64,000 bases of DNA. It comes from Armatimonadota bacterium. Its GTDB lineage: Bacteria > Armatimonadota > Zipacnadia > Zipacnadales > UBA5352. Within the stretch, counting starts at the first letter, position 1. Each line of letters opens with the position of its first letter. Where the stretch lies: assembly GCA_034722055.1 (NCBI GenBank), contig JAYENL010000314.1, positions 1 through 64,000 on the forward strand, given 5' to 3'. The notes beneath the pieces were generated by a model. The model ran no database searches. It was not told where the DNA came from and worked only from the letters and a program-made list of their open reading frames with translations. Below, one piece after another: positions 9,447-19,186 of this stretch. The position numbers and the translations under genes were made by a program.

Positions 9447-9474
9447 GGAACACCTGGCGGCGAAGTAGGTCTAA
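9447..9474 (+). promoter_or_regulatory. Candidate ECF-sigma (sigmaE-like) promoter
   Basis: GGAAC-N17-GTCTAA, 57 nt upstream of GTG 9532. Confidence 0.45.
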
Positions 9475-9531
9475 GAGAACGTTCACCATCATTGTAGGCC
9501 CCCGTGGCCTGAGTAAGGGTGGAGTGGTACC

Positions 9532-10761
9532 GTGTCGAAGCTTGGAATTGCAGCAGGCATCGCAGCAGCTATCGCAGCAGTCATCGCGGCGACGGGCATG
9601 GCCGTCGCCCAGGACTACGCCAACATCGTGGTGGGTGGTGAGGTAGTCGCTCGTATCAGGACAGGAGGGGCCTACGGCTCCATCTACCAGCGCCAGGCGA
9701 AGATCGACCAGCGGATCACCGAGGCGCTGAGCGCGGAGCTGGAGAGCATCTTCGACCAGGAGGCTGACGGGCCGGACCTCGATGTCAATAGGGTCGATGG
9801 GCGCTGGACGCTGAGCATCGGCAACACCACGCTCATCCAGGCGCTGCCCGAGGACGCGGCGCCGCTGGGCTGCTCGACGAGGGGCCTGGTCTATCAGTGG
9901 AAGGAGAACTTCCACCGGCAGCTCCCCAGGGCCGTCTCGCCGATCAAGGTCCCGGAGTGGTGGAAGGAGCAGCATCCGGACTCGCTGGCTCAGATCGAGA
10001 AGAAGCCCCACGGCCTGCCGGCCCGGGATGCGCCTCTGGTGCGCGAGGTCGTGGCGATCCTGGATGTCGCCCGAGCCTTGCCACAGGAGCAGTTCGAGGA
10101 GATTGAGCCGGAGCTGAAGCGCTCAATTCTCCAGCGCATCTGGACCTACCGCCATCCGCAGTGCGGCTCGGCGCCGGCGGAGGTGCCGCGCCGTGTGGAC
10201 AGCGCTCTGACGCGCGTGCGTGCGACCGGCGAGGAGCGGCATGCGGCCGAGAAGTGGTGGATCGCAGGGCTGACCATCCGGGCGGTGCGCCAGAAGCTGA
10301 AGATGCCGGCCGGCCTTGGTCCTGTGCCGGAGCAGCGCCCGCTCCCGCACTTCGTGGCCGGCTCCACCCACGGGCCTCCGCTGGACACGTCCACCACGGG
10401 CGGGGAGCCCGGGCCTCCGCGGCTGGTGCCGGGAACGTGCATCCACCAGGCCGCCATCGGAATGGAGCTGAATGCGAACAACCAGGTCACGGACCTGGGC
10501 CAGGTCTTCCCTACCAGCGCTCCCCAACTGCTGGTGTTCGTCCACGTCAAGGACGCCGAGCCGAACTCCATCCTGGGCGTCGTCCTCCGGAAGGAGGGCG
10601 ACATTGTGGGCCGGCGGCTGGTGCGTGTGGGCGGCGAGCGCCGGCTGGCGGTGACCTTCTACCCGGCGCAGTCAGAGATGTTCTCGGCGGGCGACTACGA
10701 GTGCCTTCTGCAGGTCAATGGCGAGGATGCCGGGGTAATCCCGTTTCGGATAGGGCCCTGA
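9532..10761 (+). CDS. Hypothetical secreted protein with beta-rich (Ig-like) C-terminus
   Basis: Signal peptide (AVA|Q), GGAG RBS, coding-like GC3 bias; no family recognised. Confidence 0.75.
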   Translation: MSKLGIAAGIAAAIAAVIAATGMAVAQDYANIVVGGEVVARIRTGGAYGSIYQRQAKIDQRITEALSAELESIFDQEADGPDLDVNRVDGRWTLSIGNTTLIQALPEDAAPLGCSTRGLVYQWKENFHRQLPRAVSPIKVPEWWKEQHPDSLAQIEKKPHGLPARDAPLVREVVAILDVARALPQEQFEEIEPELKRSILQRIWTYRHPQCGSAPAEVPRRVDSALTRVRATGEERHAAEKWWIAGLTIRAVRQKLKMPAGLGPVPEQRPLPHFVAGSTHGPPLDTSTTGGEPGPPRLVPGTCIHQAAIGMELNANNQVTDLGQVFPTSAPQLLVFVHVKDAEPNSILGVVLRKEGDIVGRRLVRVGGERRLAVTFYPAQSEMFSAGDYECLLQVNGEDAGVIPFRIGP

Positions 10762-10958
10762 GCGGGCACACTAAGGGTGAGCAGCGACCGCCGCCGGCCG
10801 GTCGGTGCAGCGGGGGAGGGCGCACTGGATCGCGCATCGGTGCGAGACAGTGGTGCGCCCCCCGGTAGTGGTGCACACAGGTCTCAGTAGGCGCCGACAC
10901 CGGCGCTGCAGGCCATGGCGGACCCGCCGGAGGCGGAGGCTGCAAGGAGGTGGGTCCA

Positions 10959-11870
10959 ATGCCAGATAAGCTGGCCGCCCTTCGCGAGCTGCTGGCGGCG
11001 TCCCGCTATGGGGCCACCGATCATCGGGCGAAGATCATCCTCGACCACCTCGACCCTCGCGCCGTCGCCGGCTGGATCTACTGGAGGCTCTCCCAGCGAG
11101 AGCTTGGCGAGATCGAGCCGGGTGATATCCGCCGCATTCAGGTGCTGGTGGACAGCAACGCCTTGCTGGTGACGGGCGAGCCCGCGGCCCTCGACCGCCT
11201 GCAGGTGCTGGTGGAGAGCATCGATGTGCCGCACGCGGCCACCATCTCCCTGTCCTTGGTCTCCGTGGAGACCAGCCAGCCGCAGCGTCTTCTCTGCCAG
11301 CCTCGGGCGCCGAACATCGTGGAGATGCCAGACGGCTCCCACTTCGACCCCGCCGCAGGGGAGCTGGATGTGGGCAAGCTCTGTCCCGTGGCTCCCGACT
11401 ACGCCGACGAGGCCCTGGTGGTTGTCAACCCCTATGTGGACACCGATGAGCTCGACGAGATGCTGGAGGAGGGCGTGGCCGACATGCCATGGGAGCCGCG
11501 CTTTGTCGAGCGCGCGGGGCTGGGCGGCACGGTCACCTTCCAGTGCGAGCACACCACTCCCTCGGGCCGGCCGGGCCTGCGGCTGGCGGCGCTGGTGGGC
11601 GCCAACGGCCTCATCACCTGCCAGGTCAGCCTCCGCTGCAGCGACGAGGGTCCGGGGGCACGCACCTCCGCGACAGTCCAGTACGTGGCCTTCCCGGGGC
11701 AGACCGTGGCGGTGGGAGTGCTGCCGACCCGCGGTCACGTGCGCAAGATGACCGTTCTGCTCATCACCGCCGACACGGTGGACCGCCACGCCCGCCGCCG
11801 AGCTCACGCACGCGCCCACGAGCACACCCGCGGCCTGCGCCAGACGCCGGCGCCGACGCGGGAGGGTTGA
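10959..11870 (+). CDS. Divergent secretin-like protein (NolW-like segment + degenerate secretin C-domain)
   Basis: AGGAGG RBS; SNALLVTGEPAALDRLQVLVESIDVP (NolW/N3-like), then EPRFV, GLITCQV, GQTVAVG and VLLITA echoing secretin core motifs. Confidence 0.55.
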   Translation: MPDKLAALRELLAASRYGATDHRAKIILDHLDPRAVAGWIYWRLSQRELGEIEPGDIRRIQVLVDSNALLVTGEPAALDRLQVLVESIDVPHAATISLSLVSVETSQPQRLLCQPRAPNIVEMPDGSHFDPAAGELDVGKLCPVAPDYADEALVVVNPYVDTDELDEMLEEGVADMPWEPRFVERAGLGGTVTFQCEHTTPSGRPGLRLAALVGANGLITCQVSLRCSDEGPGARTSATVQYVAFPGQTVAVGVLPTRGHVRKMTVLLITADTVDRHARRRAHARAHEHTRGLRQTPAPTREG

Positions 11871-11966
11871 GCACGCCGGACGAGACGACAAGGCCCGACA
11901 GGACCTAGTGCTACGTCGCAGAAGTTCGCGTACCTTCCTACGTCCCGACAAGACGCGTGCCCGCCA

Positions 11967-12218
11967 TGGAGGGGCCGCCGCGAGCGAAGCGAGCGGGGCG
12001 CGATCAGCAGCGGTAGCGACTGACCGCGCAGGTTCCACCCCGGCCCACTTGTTTGAGACCGAAGGTCTCCCGCAGGCGCCCCCGCCTGCGCGCCGTTTGG
12101 CCCCTGGGTAGAGCTATCTACCGGGCCGGGGTGGAACCTGAGACCTATTCGCTGGGAGACTTCTACGAAGTCTCAGTCACAGGCCTCACCGGGCGCTGCG
12201 CGCCCGGCGGCCCCTCCA
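11967..12218. repeat. MITE/REPIN-like nested palindromic element (~250 nt)
   Basis: 14-bp terminal IR TGGAGGGGCCGCCG (11967-80 / 12205-18), 18-bp inner IR (12029-46 / 12123-40) and five internal hairpins. Confidence 0.75.
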
Positions 12219-12361
12219 CCGGACCCGGTGGCTTCTCGAGGCAACCAACCGCTGACTGTCCGTCTCCTCAGGGTACACGGAATTGCCCAAGTGAGCACTG
12301 GCAGCCGCCCGGCGGATGCTCGACGATAGCAGCTCGGCGATGGCAGCGGTTAGGCGCCCGT

Positions 12362-13576
12362 TCACAGCCTCTGCTCCGCGTAGCGGTTGAGGATCAGGGA
12401 GACGATGCCGCAGAGGGCGAAGACCACGGCGAACACCCCGAAGGTGGCTGTGACACTCTCCGCGCGAACCTCCAGTATCTTCCCCGCGACCATGGCGATG
12501 ACCGCCCCCAGGTCCCGCCAGGTGAACATCGCGCCGTAGGTCAGCGGGCGGCGCTTCTGCTCCGCGGAGGTGCCGATGAGCGCGGTGCTGACGACCGGCA
12601 CGGCGCCGTTGAGCAGCCCCATGGTCAGGGCCGTGGCCGCCAGGGCCAGGGGGTGATCCACGAGCAGAGGAATGCCCAGCCCCGCTGCACCGCCGAAGAA
12701 GCCGGCCGCCAGGATGCTGCCATGGCTGAAGCGCTCGCTCAGCAATCCGGAGGTGAAGCTGAGCACGAAGCGGGCAAAGGGGTAGAAGAATATTGCGATC
12801 CATGCCCAGTTGCCACCCGAGACATTCTCCACGTGCTCGGTGAAGCTGCCCAGGAAGAAGCCGAAGGCCAGCGCGGAGGCGAACAGCAGGAAGGCCGCGA
12901 TGCGAGCCTTGGCGCGGGACATGATCTCGACGAGCGAGCCCCAGGTGGGCATCTCCGGCAGCGGCTCGGGCGGTCGGGGCAGGCGGAGCATGATCCCGTG
13001 TCCGATGGCCGCGAAGGCGAAGGCCGCCACGTAGAGCAGCCAGGGGCGGCCGATGGCCCGAGCGGCGCCGAAGATGTTGCCCAGCACGATCACGCCCACC
13101 GCCCAGCCGGCGAGTGTCGCACCGTAGAGCACGCCCATCCCCGTGCCATGCCTCTGCGCCCGGTCGGCCAGGGCCAGGATCTGCATGGTGGTGCCCATCC
13201 ACATGGCCGCTCCGCCCCAGCCCCAGAGGGCGGCGGCCCCGATGGCCAGGGGGTAGCTGGGGAAGAATGATACCAGCAGCACCGCCAGGGGGAAGAGGAC
13301 GTAGGTGGCGCCGCCCACCAGGCTGAACATCCACTGGGGCCAGTTGCGCAGCAGGTAGACGTTGCCGAGGCGGAAGACGGCCATGCTGAAGTAGACGGTG
13401 GCGAGAACGAGGACCCGCTGCAGCTTGCTCCAGTCCGTCAGGTCCTGCAGGTATGGCAGCAGGAAGGCCTGCTGGGCGCCGGTGCCCAGGAAGATGAAGA
13501 AGAAGGTGCTCGAGAGCAGGAGCACGTGGGTGCGCGTGGAGAGGCCGGATTCATTCTCGGTCGGTTGCCGGGCCAC
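12362..13576 (-). CDS. MFS transporter
   Basis: About 12 hydrophobic segments, SGLLSERF motif A-like; GTG start after GAGGAG. Confidence 0.85.
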   Translation of the reverse strand: MARQPTENESGLSTRTHVLLLSSTFFFIFLGTGAQQAFLLPYLQDLTDWSKLQRVLVLATVYFSMAVFRLGNVYLLRNWPQWMFSLVGGATYVLFPLAVLLVSFFPSYPLAIGAAALWGWGGAAMWMGTTMQILALADRAQRHGTGMGVLYGATLAGWAVGVIVLGNIFGAARAIGRPWLLYVAAFAFAAIGHGIMLRLPRPPEPLPEMPTWGSLVEIMSRAKARIAAFLLFASALAFGFFLGSFTEHVENVSGGNWAWIAIFFYPFARFVLSFTSGLLSERFSHGSILAAGFFGGAAGLGIPLLVDHPLALAATALTMGLLNGAVPVVSTALIGTSAEQKRRPLTYGAMFTWRDLGAVIAMVAGKILEVRAESVTATFGVFAVVFALCGIVSLILNRYAEQRL

Positions 13577-13617
13577 GCAAGATGCTCCTCGGCACAGTCG
13601 TTTGCCTTTTCGCGCAA

Positions 13618-13710
13618 TCAAACGACATGGGCCGGGGCGGAACCTGCGCGGTATCAGTCGCTACCGCTCCTGACCGCGCCCCGCGCGCTTCGCTCGCGGC
13701 GGCCCCTCCA
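13618..13710 (-). repeat. Inverted copy of 11967-12056 (extended GGAG-REP)
   Basis: The reverse complement aligns with 11967-12056 with only a few substitutions and a 2-nt indel. Confidence 0.85.
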
Positions 13711-13828
13711 CACAGAAACAGCAGCCGAGACAGTCCGGGCTCGTTATCGCTTCCAGGATGTGACAGAGCATAGGTCCGACCGCGGACCCTCGCCGTACTG
13801 CTCGCAGCCTGTGGCTTGCAGCTTGGGG

Positions 13829-16417
13829 CTACTGCAGGACGACCCACCCCCGGCTCATGGGGTCGGCGTGGGCCTTGATGGACGGGAACCACGACGATAT
13901 CCCGCCGCCCGTGCCCTGCACGTTGCGCACGAAGTTCATCGGCAGCAGCGTTCGCTCGTCAGGATCGATGTGCATCTCCGCCAGCGGCAGGCGCATCTCC
14001 GCCACCCACATCCCCTCGCGGACGGCGGCCTGCCACTGGGCGTCGAAGTCGTAGTCCAGCGCCTCGGCGTAGCTCTGGTCCTCGTGGCGCCACTGGTCGA
14101 AGAACGCTCCGGCGGCGTTGATGATGAACTGGACGTACTCCGGCTCGCCGGCCTCGGGGCTGATGAAGATCTCCACGGAGTCATCCTTCCACGTGGAGCC
14201 GTCGCGCGGCGAGGCGTTGGTGACCAGGTCGGAGGTGTCCTGCTCGCACTCCAGGGCCACGTAGAGGTTGGCGTCATCGTGAAGCAGCCGCACGCGGGTG
14301 GTGTACTCGGCCTGCGCCGCCTGCCCCCACTTGATGAAGTCGGTGAGCACGTCGGCGCGCTCCCAGGCGGCGTCGTCCAGGTCGCCATCCACCGCCGGCG
14401 GCTCCTCGACGCGCGCGGCGGTGCCCACCTTGGTGGCCATGCGGCGGATGTCGGCCACGACCTGCTGGTAGCGCTCCGGGCCGCCGGTGCCGAAGATGTC
14501 GGTGATGGCCTCGCTGATGGCCTGGCGCATGGCCTGAGCATCGACGCGGCCGGCCCCCCGGACCTCTTCGATGACATCCCCGGCGATCTGCGAGGCCACC
14601 CACCGCTTGGCGATGGTGGCCGACCCGGACTTGAGTGGCGCGATCCAGCTCGGCTTGGGGGGATGGAAGGCGACGGGATCATCGCCCACCCTCTCCTCCA
14701 TGTAGGCGTCGATGTCCACGGCGCTCATGCGCTCGGCCATGCGGCGCATGGCGGCCGCCACGTCCTCCAGCGGCGCCCCCTCCTCTATGAGCTCCTCCAC
14801 CTCGCGGGAGGCCCAGTAGTTGCCGGCCAGCAGCACCGTCACGTCCCAGGTCTTGCGGAAGAACGCGATGCGGTCCCTGACGATCTGGCTTTCGGCCATG
14901 TCGGCGGCCTGGTCGAGGTAGGCGGTGCACTGCTCGATGACCTCCGGCGGGAAGATCTCGAACTGGCGGGGGTCGGCGGCCAGCCTGAAGGCCCAGTGGC
15001 CGTGACCCACGTTGTTCTCCCGCCAGGTGCGCTCGCACAGCGCGAAGTACTCGCTCATCGGCTCCGCGGCCTCGCGGAACATCCGCGCGTTCCAGTCCTC
15101 CACGATGGGCTGGATCTCCACGTCCGGGTTCCACAGGATGCGCGACATCACGTAGAGCTTGTGCCCGTCAAGGCCCCAGTTGGGATAGACCTCCGCGTAG
15201 AAGCCCTTCACGCCGTGGTCCACGGCGAACTGGATGGCGTCCTGGAAGAGGTGGTTGAAGATGCGCGGGATGGCGAAGCCCATGCCATAGGCGTAGTCGT
15301 AGATGCCCATCTGGTTGGTTGTGCGCGACCAGCGAGCCAGCATGGTCTGGTCCTGCCGGCGGAAGGCGGGGTCCCAGTAGTCGGCGCGGTTGGATGTGAG
15401 ATAGGGGATGATGTTGCGGTGCAGCTTCATGCCGGTGGGCGGGAGGATCACCGCTGAGTAGGCCAGGCAGCCGAGCATCTTGTCGGGGTGATCGCGCTCC
15501 AGGTTCTCGGCCACGCGGTTGAGCCACGTGTAGTAGAGGATGGACTTGTCGCCCGAGAAGCCGTGCCACTGTGGCAGCGGGCGATCCACCTTCCGGCACT
15601 GCTCGCACTCGCAGTAGCCGTGGCCGTCGTTGATGCCGTAGGAGAAGCTCTCGGCCATGGGGTGCTGGGCGAAGTACTCCCGGGCCGCATCCGCCGCGTG
15701 CGCCACGCCCCCGGGGTCGGTCATGCACGGCTGCCAGGAGTGATCGTCAGGACCCGGTCGGTAGCGGCGGTCGCCGTGCACCGGGAAGTACTCGGGATGC
15801 TCGTCGAACAGCTCGGGCGGGAAGACGCGCAGCAGGTTGTGATGAAAGTGGTAGCGGCCGTGGATGCGCTGGCGCAGGCTCCAGTCGCCGCCGTAATGAG
15901 CGCCGCTCCACAGCCGCGAAAGTATCGCCGGCGAGTAGGTCTCCCGGCCCACAGGCACCGTGATGCTGTCATGCTCGGGCACGTCCTCGCCCAGCGGCCC
16001 GGGAATGAGCCACCGCACGCCCACGTGGTCCTCCAGGAACTGGCAGACCGCCCAGAAGGTTGACCACGGCGCGGCGCCGGCCAGCATCACGGCGTCCTCC
16101 CCCACGATGACCGCGTAAGCGTCGCGGTCCATGCCGTAGCGCTGCATACCCAGCGCCCGCTTCACCGGGCCGCACATCCCCACGTAGATCGGCGGGCCCT
16201 GGCCGGGGTCATACTCCCCCTCCTCCACGACCGTGAACTCCCGGCCGGTGGAGAGCTCCAGGTACTTCGCCAGGTCCTGGTAGGCCTTCACCGTCTCGCC
16301 CTGCGGCTGCCGCTCGTGGACGATGACGGCCTGGGTGTCAGCATCGAGGACCGTGAACTGGGCCGCACAGACGCCGGCGCTCAGGACGATCGTCAGCAAG
16401 ACCGCGGTGATGCGCAT
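13829..16417 (-). CDS. Secreted DUF4838 protein with C-terminal CBM9-like sugar-binding domain
   Basis: Signal peptide; FLEDHVGVRWLIPG, FDEHPEYF, NDG..YCECEQC; C-terminal VDGDLDDAAW, LYVALEC, DDSVEIFI and WVAEMRLP; GGAGG RBS. Confidence 0.8.
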   Translation of the reverse strand: MRITAVLLTIVLSAGVCAAQFTVLDADTQAVIVHERQPQGETVKAYQDLAKYLELSTGREFTVVEEGEYDPGQGPPIYVGMCGPVKRALGMQRYGMDRDAYAVIVGEDAVMLAGAAPWSTFWAVCQFLEDHVGVRWLIPGPLGEDVPEHDSITVPVGRETYSPAILSRLWSGAHYGGDWSLRQRIHGRYHFHHNLLRVFPPELFDEHPEYFPVHGDRRYRPGPDDHSWQPCMTDPGGVAHAADAAREYFAQHPMAESFSYGINDGHGYCECEQCRKVDRPLPQWHGFSGDKSILYYTWLNRVAENLERDHPDKMLGCLAYSAVILPPTGMKLHRNIIPYLTSNRADYWDPAFRRQDQTMLARWSRTTNQMGIYDYAYGMGFAIPRIFNHLFQDAIQFAVDHGVKGFYAEVYPNWGLDGHKLYVMSRILWNPDVEIQPIVEDWNARMFREAAEPMSEYFALCERTWRENNVGHGHWAFRLAADPRQFEIFPPEVIEQCTAYLDQAADMAESQIVRDRIAFFRKTWDVTVLLAGNYWASREVEELIEEGAPLEDVAAAMRRMAERMSAVDIDAYMEERVGDDPVAFHPPKPSWIAPLKSGSATIAKRWVASQIAGDVIEEVRGAGRVDAQAMRQAISEAITDIFGTGGPERYQQVVADIRRMATKVGTAARVEEPPAVDGDLDDAAWERADVLTDFIKWGQAAQAEYTTRVRLLHDDANLYVALECEQDTSDLVTNASPRDGSTWKDDSVEIFISPEAGEPEYVQFIINAAGAFFDQWRHEDQSYAEALDYDFDAQWQAAVREGMWVAEMRLPLAEMHIDPDERTLLPMNFVRNVQGTGGGISSWFPSIKAHADPMSRGWVVLQ

Positions 16418-16547
16418 GTGTTCCACCTCCGAGGCAGACGTGGCTGCGAGAGGACATTCGCCGCCCGCGGATGCGACGCCTCCCACGAGGTGGCGGCGGC
16501 TGCGTCGGGGAACTGCCCTCCCGGACGCCCCAGAGGGAGTGATGCGC

Positions 16548-17366
16548 ATGGCGACGATCGCGGTCGGACAGATGCAGGTGAGGCCGGGCGACGCGGACGC
16601 GAACCTGGCGACCATGCTGGAGCTGATCGAGGAGGGCGCGCGGCAGGATGCCGACCTGGTGCTGCTGCCTGAGATGGCGCTGACCGGGCTGGCGGACGAC
16701 ATCGCGGCGGTGGCCCAGCCCATTCCCGGGCCCGCCGCCGAGCGCCTCGGCGGCGCCGCCCGCAGAGCCGGCGCCTGGGTCGCGGCCGGGATGCCGGAGC
16801 ACAACCCCGAGGGGAGGCCCTTCAACGCGGCGGTGGTCCTCTCCCCTGAGGGCGAGGTCGCGGCGGTCTACCGCAAGGTCTTCCTGTATCTGCAGGAGGC
16901 GGAGGGCTTCGCCCCCGGCCGCGAGGCCTGCCTGCTGGACCTGGGCCTCTGCCGGGCCGGGGTGATGGTCTGCTACGACTATATCTTCCCGGAGTACGTC
17001 CGGCGGCTGGTGCTGGGGGGAGCGCAGTTGATTCTGCACCCCACCGCGTGGGTGGACACCGAGGTCTGTCGGCAGTGGCACTACCCGGCGACGGAGGCCT
17101 ATCGCGCGCAGTGCATGGTGCGAGCCCTGGAGAACGGGGTCTTCCTGGCGTCCGCGAACGTGTCCGGCCCCTACGATGCCGGCGGCCACCTGGAGGGCGT
17201 GGGCCGGTCAGCGATCATCGCCCCGTGGGGCGAAGTGCTTGCAGAGGTCGAGGGTGGCGAGGGCGTGGCGGTCGCGGAGGTCCAGTTCGAGCGCGCCCAG
17301 GGGTGGGCGGAGGAGGCGGCCCCCTACATGCGCGACTTCCGGCAGGTGGACATCCCGGAGCTCTGA
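16548..17366 (+). CDS. Carbon-nitrogen hydrolase (nitrilase superfamily)
   Basis: E-K-C triad in LPEM, YRKVFL and VCYD; RALENG and GRSAIIAPWGEV; start 16542 or 16548. Confidence 0.9.
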   Translation: MATIAVGQMQVRPGDADANLATMLELIEEGARQDADLVLLPEMALTGLADDIAAVAQPIPGPAAERLGGAARRAGAWVAAGMPEHNPEGRPFNAAVVLSPEGEVAAVYRKVFLYLQEAEGFAPGREACLLDLGLCRAGVMVCYDYIFPEYVRRLVLGGAQLILHPTAWVDTEVCRQWHYPATEAYRAQCMVRALENGVFLASANVSGPYDAGGHLEGVGRSAIIAPWGEVLAEVEGGEGVAVAEVQFERAQGWAEEAAPYMRDFRQVDIPEL

Positions 17367-17426
17367 ACTCGCCTCGGCACTCGGGAATCCGGCACGCGCG
17401 CCACGGAGGGGCGCGCCGGCTCCGGG

Positions 17427-18494
17427 TTACCTGCTGAACCGCACCTGGAGGATGTCGCCCTCCTGGACCTCGTAGTCGCGGCCCTCCACACGGACGGCGC
17501 CCACCTCCTTGCAGGCGGCAACGGAGCCGAGCTCGTCCAGGTCCTCGAATGCCACGACCTCCGCGCGAATGAAGCCCTCGTACATGTCGCTGTGGACCTT
17601 GCCGGCGGCCTCGCGGGCGGTGGCGCCGGCCGAGATGGTCCACCCGTGGGCCTCGTTCTCGTTGGCGGTGAAGAACGTGATGACATCCAGCAGGTCGTAG
17701 CAGGCCCGGATGAAGCGCTCCCGGGCCGGGGCCTCCAGATCGTACTCAGCCAGGAACTGTTTCTGCGTCTCCGCGTCGAGCTCCGCCAGCTCCTGCTCCA
17801 GCCCGGCGCAGACCGGGATCCACTCCAGACCCGCCTCCTCCGCTCTCTTGCACGCGCCGGTGCATGTCTCCGCTCGCAGGTCCTCCTCGCTGACATTGAA
17901 GACCACCAGCAGCGGCTTGCTGGTCAGGAGGTTGAAGCCGCGCAGCACCCGCTCCTCCTCCTCGTGCAGGTCCATGTCGCGCACCAGCTCGCCCTCGCCG
18001 AGATGCTCGGAGACGCGCTGGAGCAGATCGTGCTCCGTGTGGGTCTTGTCGCGGGCGGCCTTGAGCTCATCCTCGATACGCTTGATGCGCCGCTCGACGA
18101 CTCCCAGGTCGGTGATGGTCATCTCCAGCAGCAGGCCCTCCAGGTCGGCGCTGGGATGGAGGGGGTTGCCCTGGTAGTCGAGCTCTCCGAAGCACTGGAT
18201 GACGAGCGCGAAGGCGTCGGCGTCGCCGGCGACCCTGGTGAGGCTGTCGTCGCGGGCGGTGTGCTCCTCGCCGCGGTGCAGGGCCATGAGGTCAACGAAG
18301 GTGACCTCGGGCGGGACGCTGCGGTCCGAGCCGTAGATTTCGGCAATGCGGGGCAGACGCGCGTCGGGGACTCTAACCGTGCCTATCCGGGCCTCGGCAC
18401 GACCGATCTCCGCCGGATCGAGGTCCCGGCCGGTGACGAGGTTGAAGAGTGAGGTCTTGCCGCTGGCCGGGAGGCCCAGGAATCCGACCTTCAT
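17427..18494 (-). CDS. ychF: YchF/DUF933 family ATPase (atypical paralog-like)
   Basis: GLPASGKT P-loop, LLTSKP, NVSE, FFTA and AAGKVHSDMYEGFIRAEV..GRDYEVQEGD TGS tail; the G3 motif reads DLMA. Confidence 0.85.
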   Translation of the reverse strand: MKVGFLGLPASGKTSLFNLVTGRDLDPAEIGRAEARIGTVRVPDARLPRIAEIYGSDRSVPPEVTFVDLMALHRGEEHTARDDSLTRVAGDADAFALVIQCFGELDYQGNPLHPSADLEGLLLEMTITDLGVVERRIKRIEDELKAARDKTHTEHDLLQRVSEHLGEGELVRDMDLHEEEERVLRGFNLLTSKPLLVVFNVSEEDLRAETCTGACKRAEEAGLEWIPVCAGLEQELAELDAETQKQFLAEYDLEAPARERFIRACYDLLDVITFFTANENEAHGWTISAGATAREAAGKVHSDMYEGFIRAEVVAFEDLDELGSVAACKEVGAVRVEGRDYEVQEGDILQVRFSR

Positions 18495-18532
18495 GGTGAC
18501 CCACCTCCGCGACGCTGATGGCGGGGCACCGA

Positions 18533-19186
18533 CTACTTCTCGGCCAGGTGGGGCAGCACCTGTCGCAGATCGCTGGCCGAGACAGGTCCCTGCCGGATGA
18601 TGCGGGGGGGAGTGCTGGTCAGGTCCACGACAGTCGAGGCCACGCCGCCCGGACAGCGACCCCCATCGACCACGATGGACACATGCTCCACCAGGGCCGG
18701 CGCCAGCTCTGCGACCTCACAGGCGGGAGCCTCGGTGGTGTAGTTGGCGCTGGTGGTGGCCAGCAGGCCGCCACAGGCGGAGATGATGCCACGGGCGAGA
18801 TCGCTGGCCGGCACGCGCAGGCCGACGGAGCTCCGGCCGGCGGTGAGGGCGTCGGGGAGGTCCTCGACACACGGGACGACGACCGTCAGCACCCCCGGCC
18901 AGAAGCGCTCGAACAGCTCCCTGGCCTCCGCGGACGGCTCCCCCCTGATCAGCCGCATGGCGTCGTGGCCGACGGCCAGCACCGGGATGGCCATGTCACG
19001 CGGCCTCCCTTTGGCCTCATACAGGCGCAAGACCGCGTCCTCGTCGAAGGGGTCCGCGGCGATGCCGTAGACGGTGTCGGTGGGAATGACGATGATCTCG
19101 CCCCGCCTGATGGCTTCCGCACAGGCGGCCCCGGCCTCCTCGCTGGAGGCCGGCGGCGCAGCGATGACACGGGGCCGGTCGCTCAT
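18533..19186 (-). CDS. tsaC: L-threonylcarbamoyladenylate synthase (short Sua5/TsaC)
   Basis: IPTDTVYG, KGRP, FWPG.LT, GLRVP, TSAN and STVVD motifs. Confidence 0.92.
   Translation of the reverse strand: MSDRPRVIAAPPASSEEAGAACAEAIRRGEIIVIPTDTVYGIAADPFDEDAVLRLYEAKGRPRDMAIPVLAVGHDAMRLIRGEPSAEARELFERFWPGVLTVVVPCVEDLPDALTAGRSSVGLRVPASDLARGIISACGGLLATTSANYTTEAPACEVAELAPALVEHVSIVVDGGRCPGGVASTVVDLTSTPPRIIRQGPVSASDLRQVLPHLAEK

Noticed and set aside
9512..9535. AAGGGTGGAGTGGTACCGTG resembling a T-box
   Set aside because: It overlaps the RBS and start of a secreted protein, with no stem I, terminator or amino-acid gene context.
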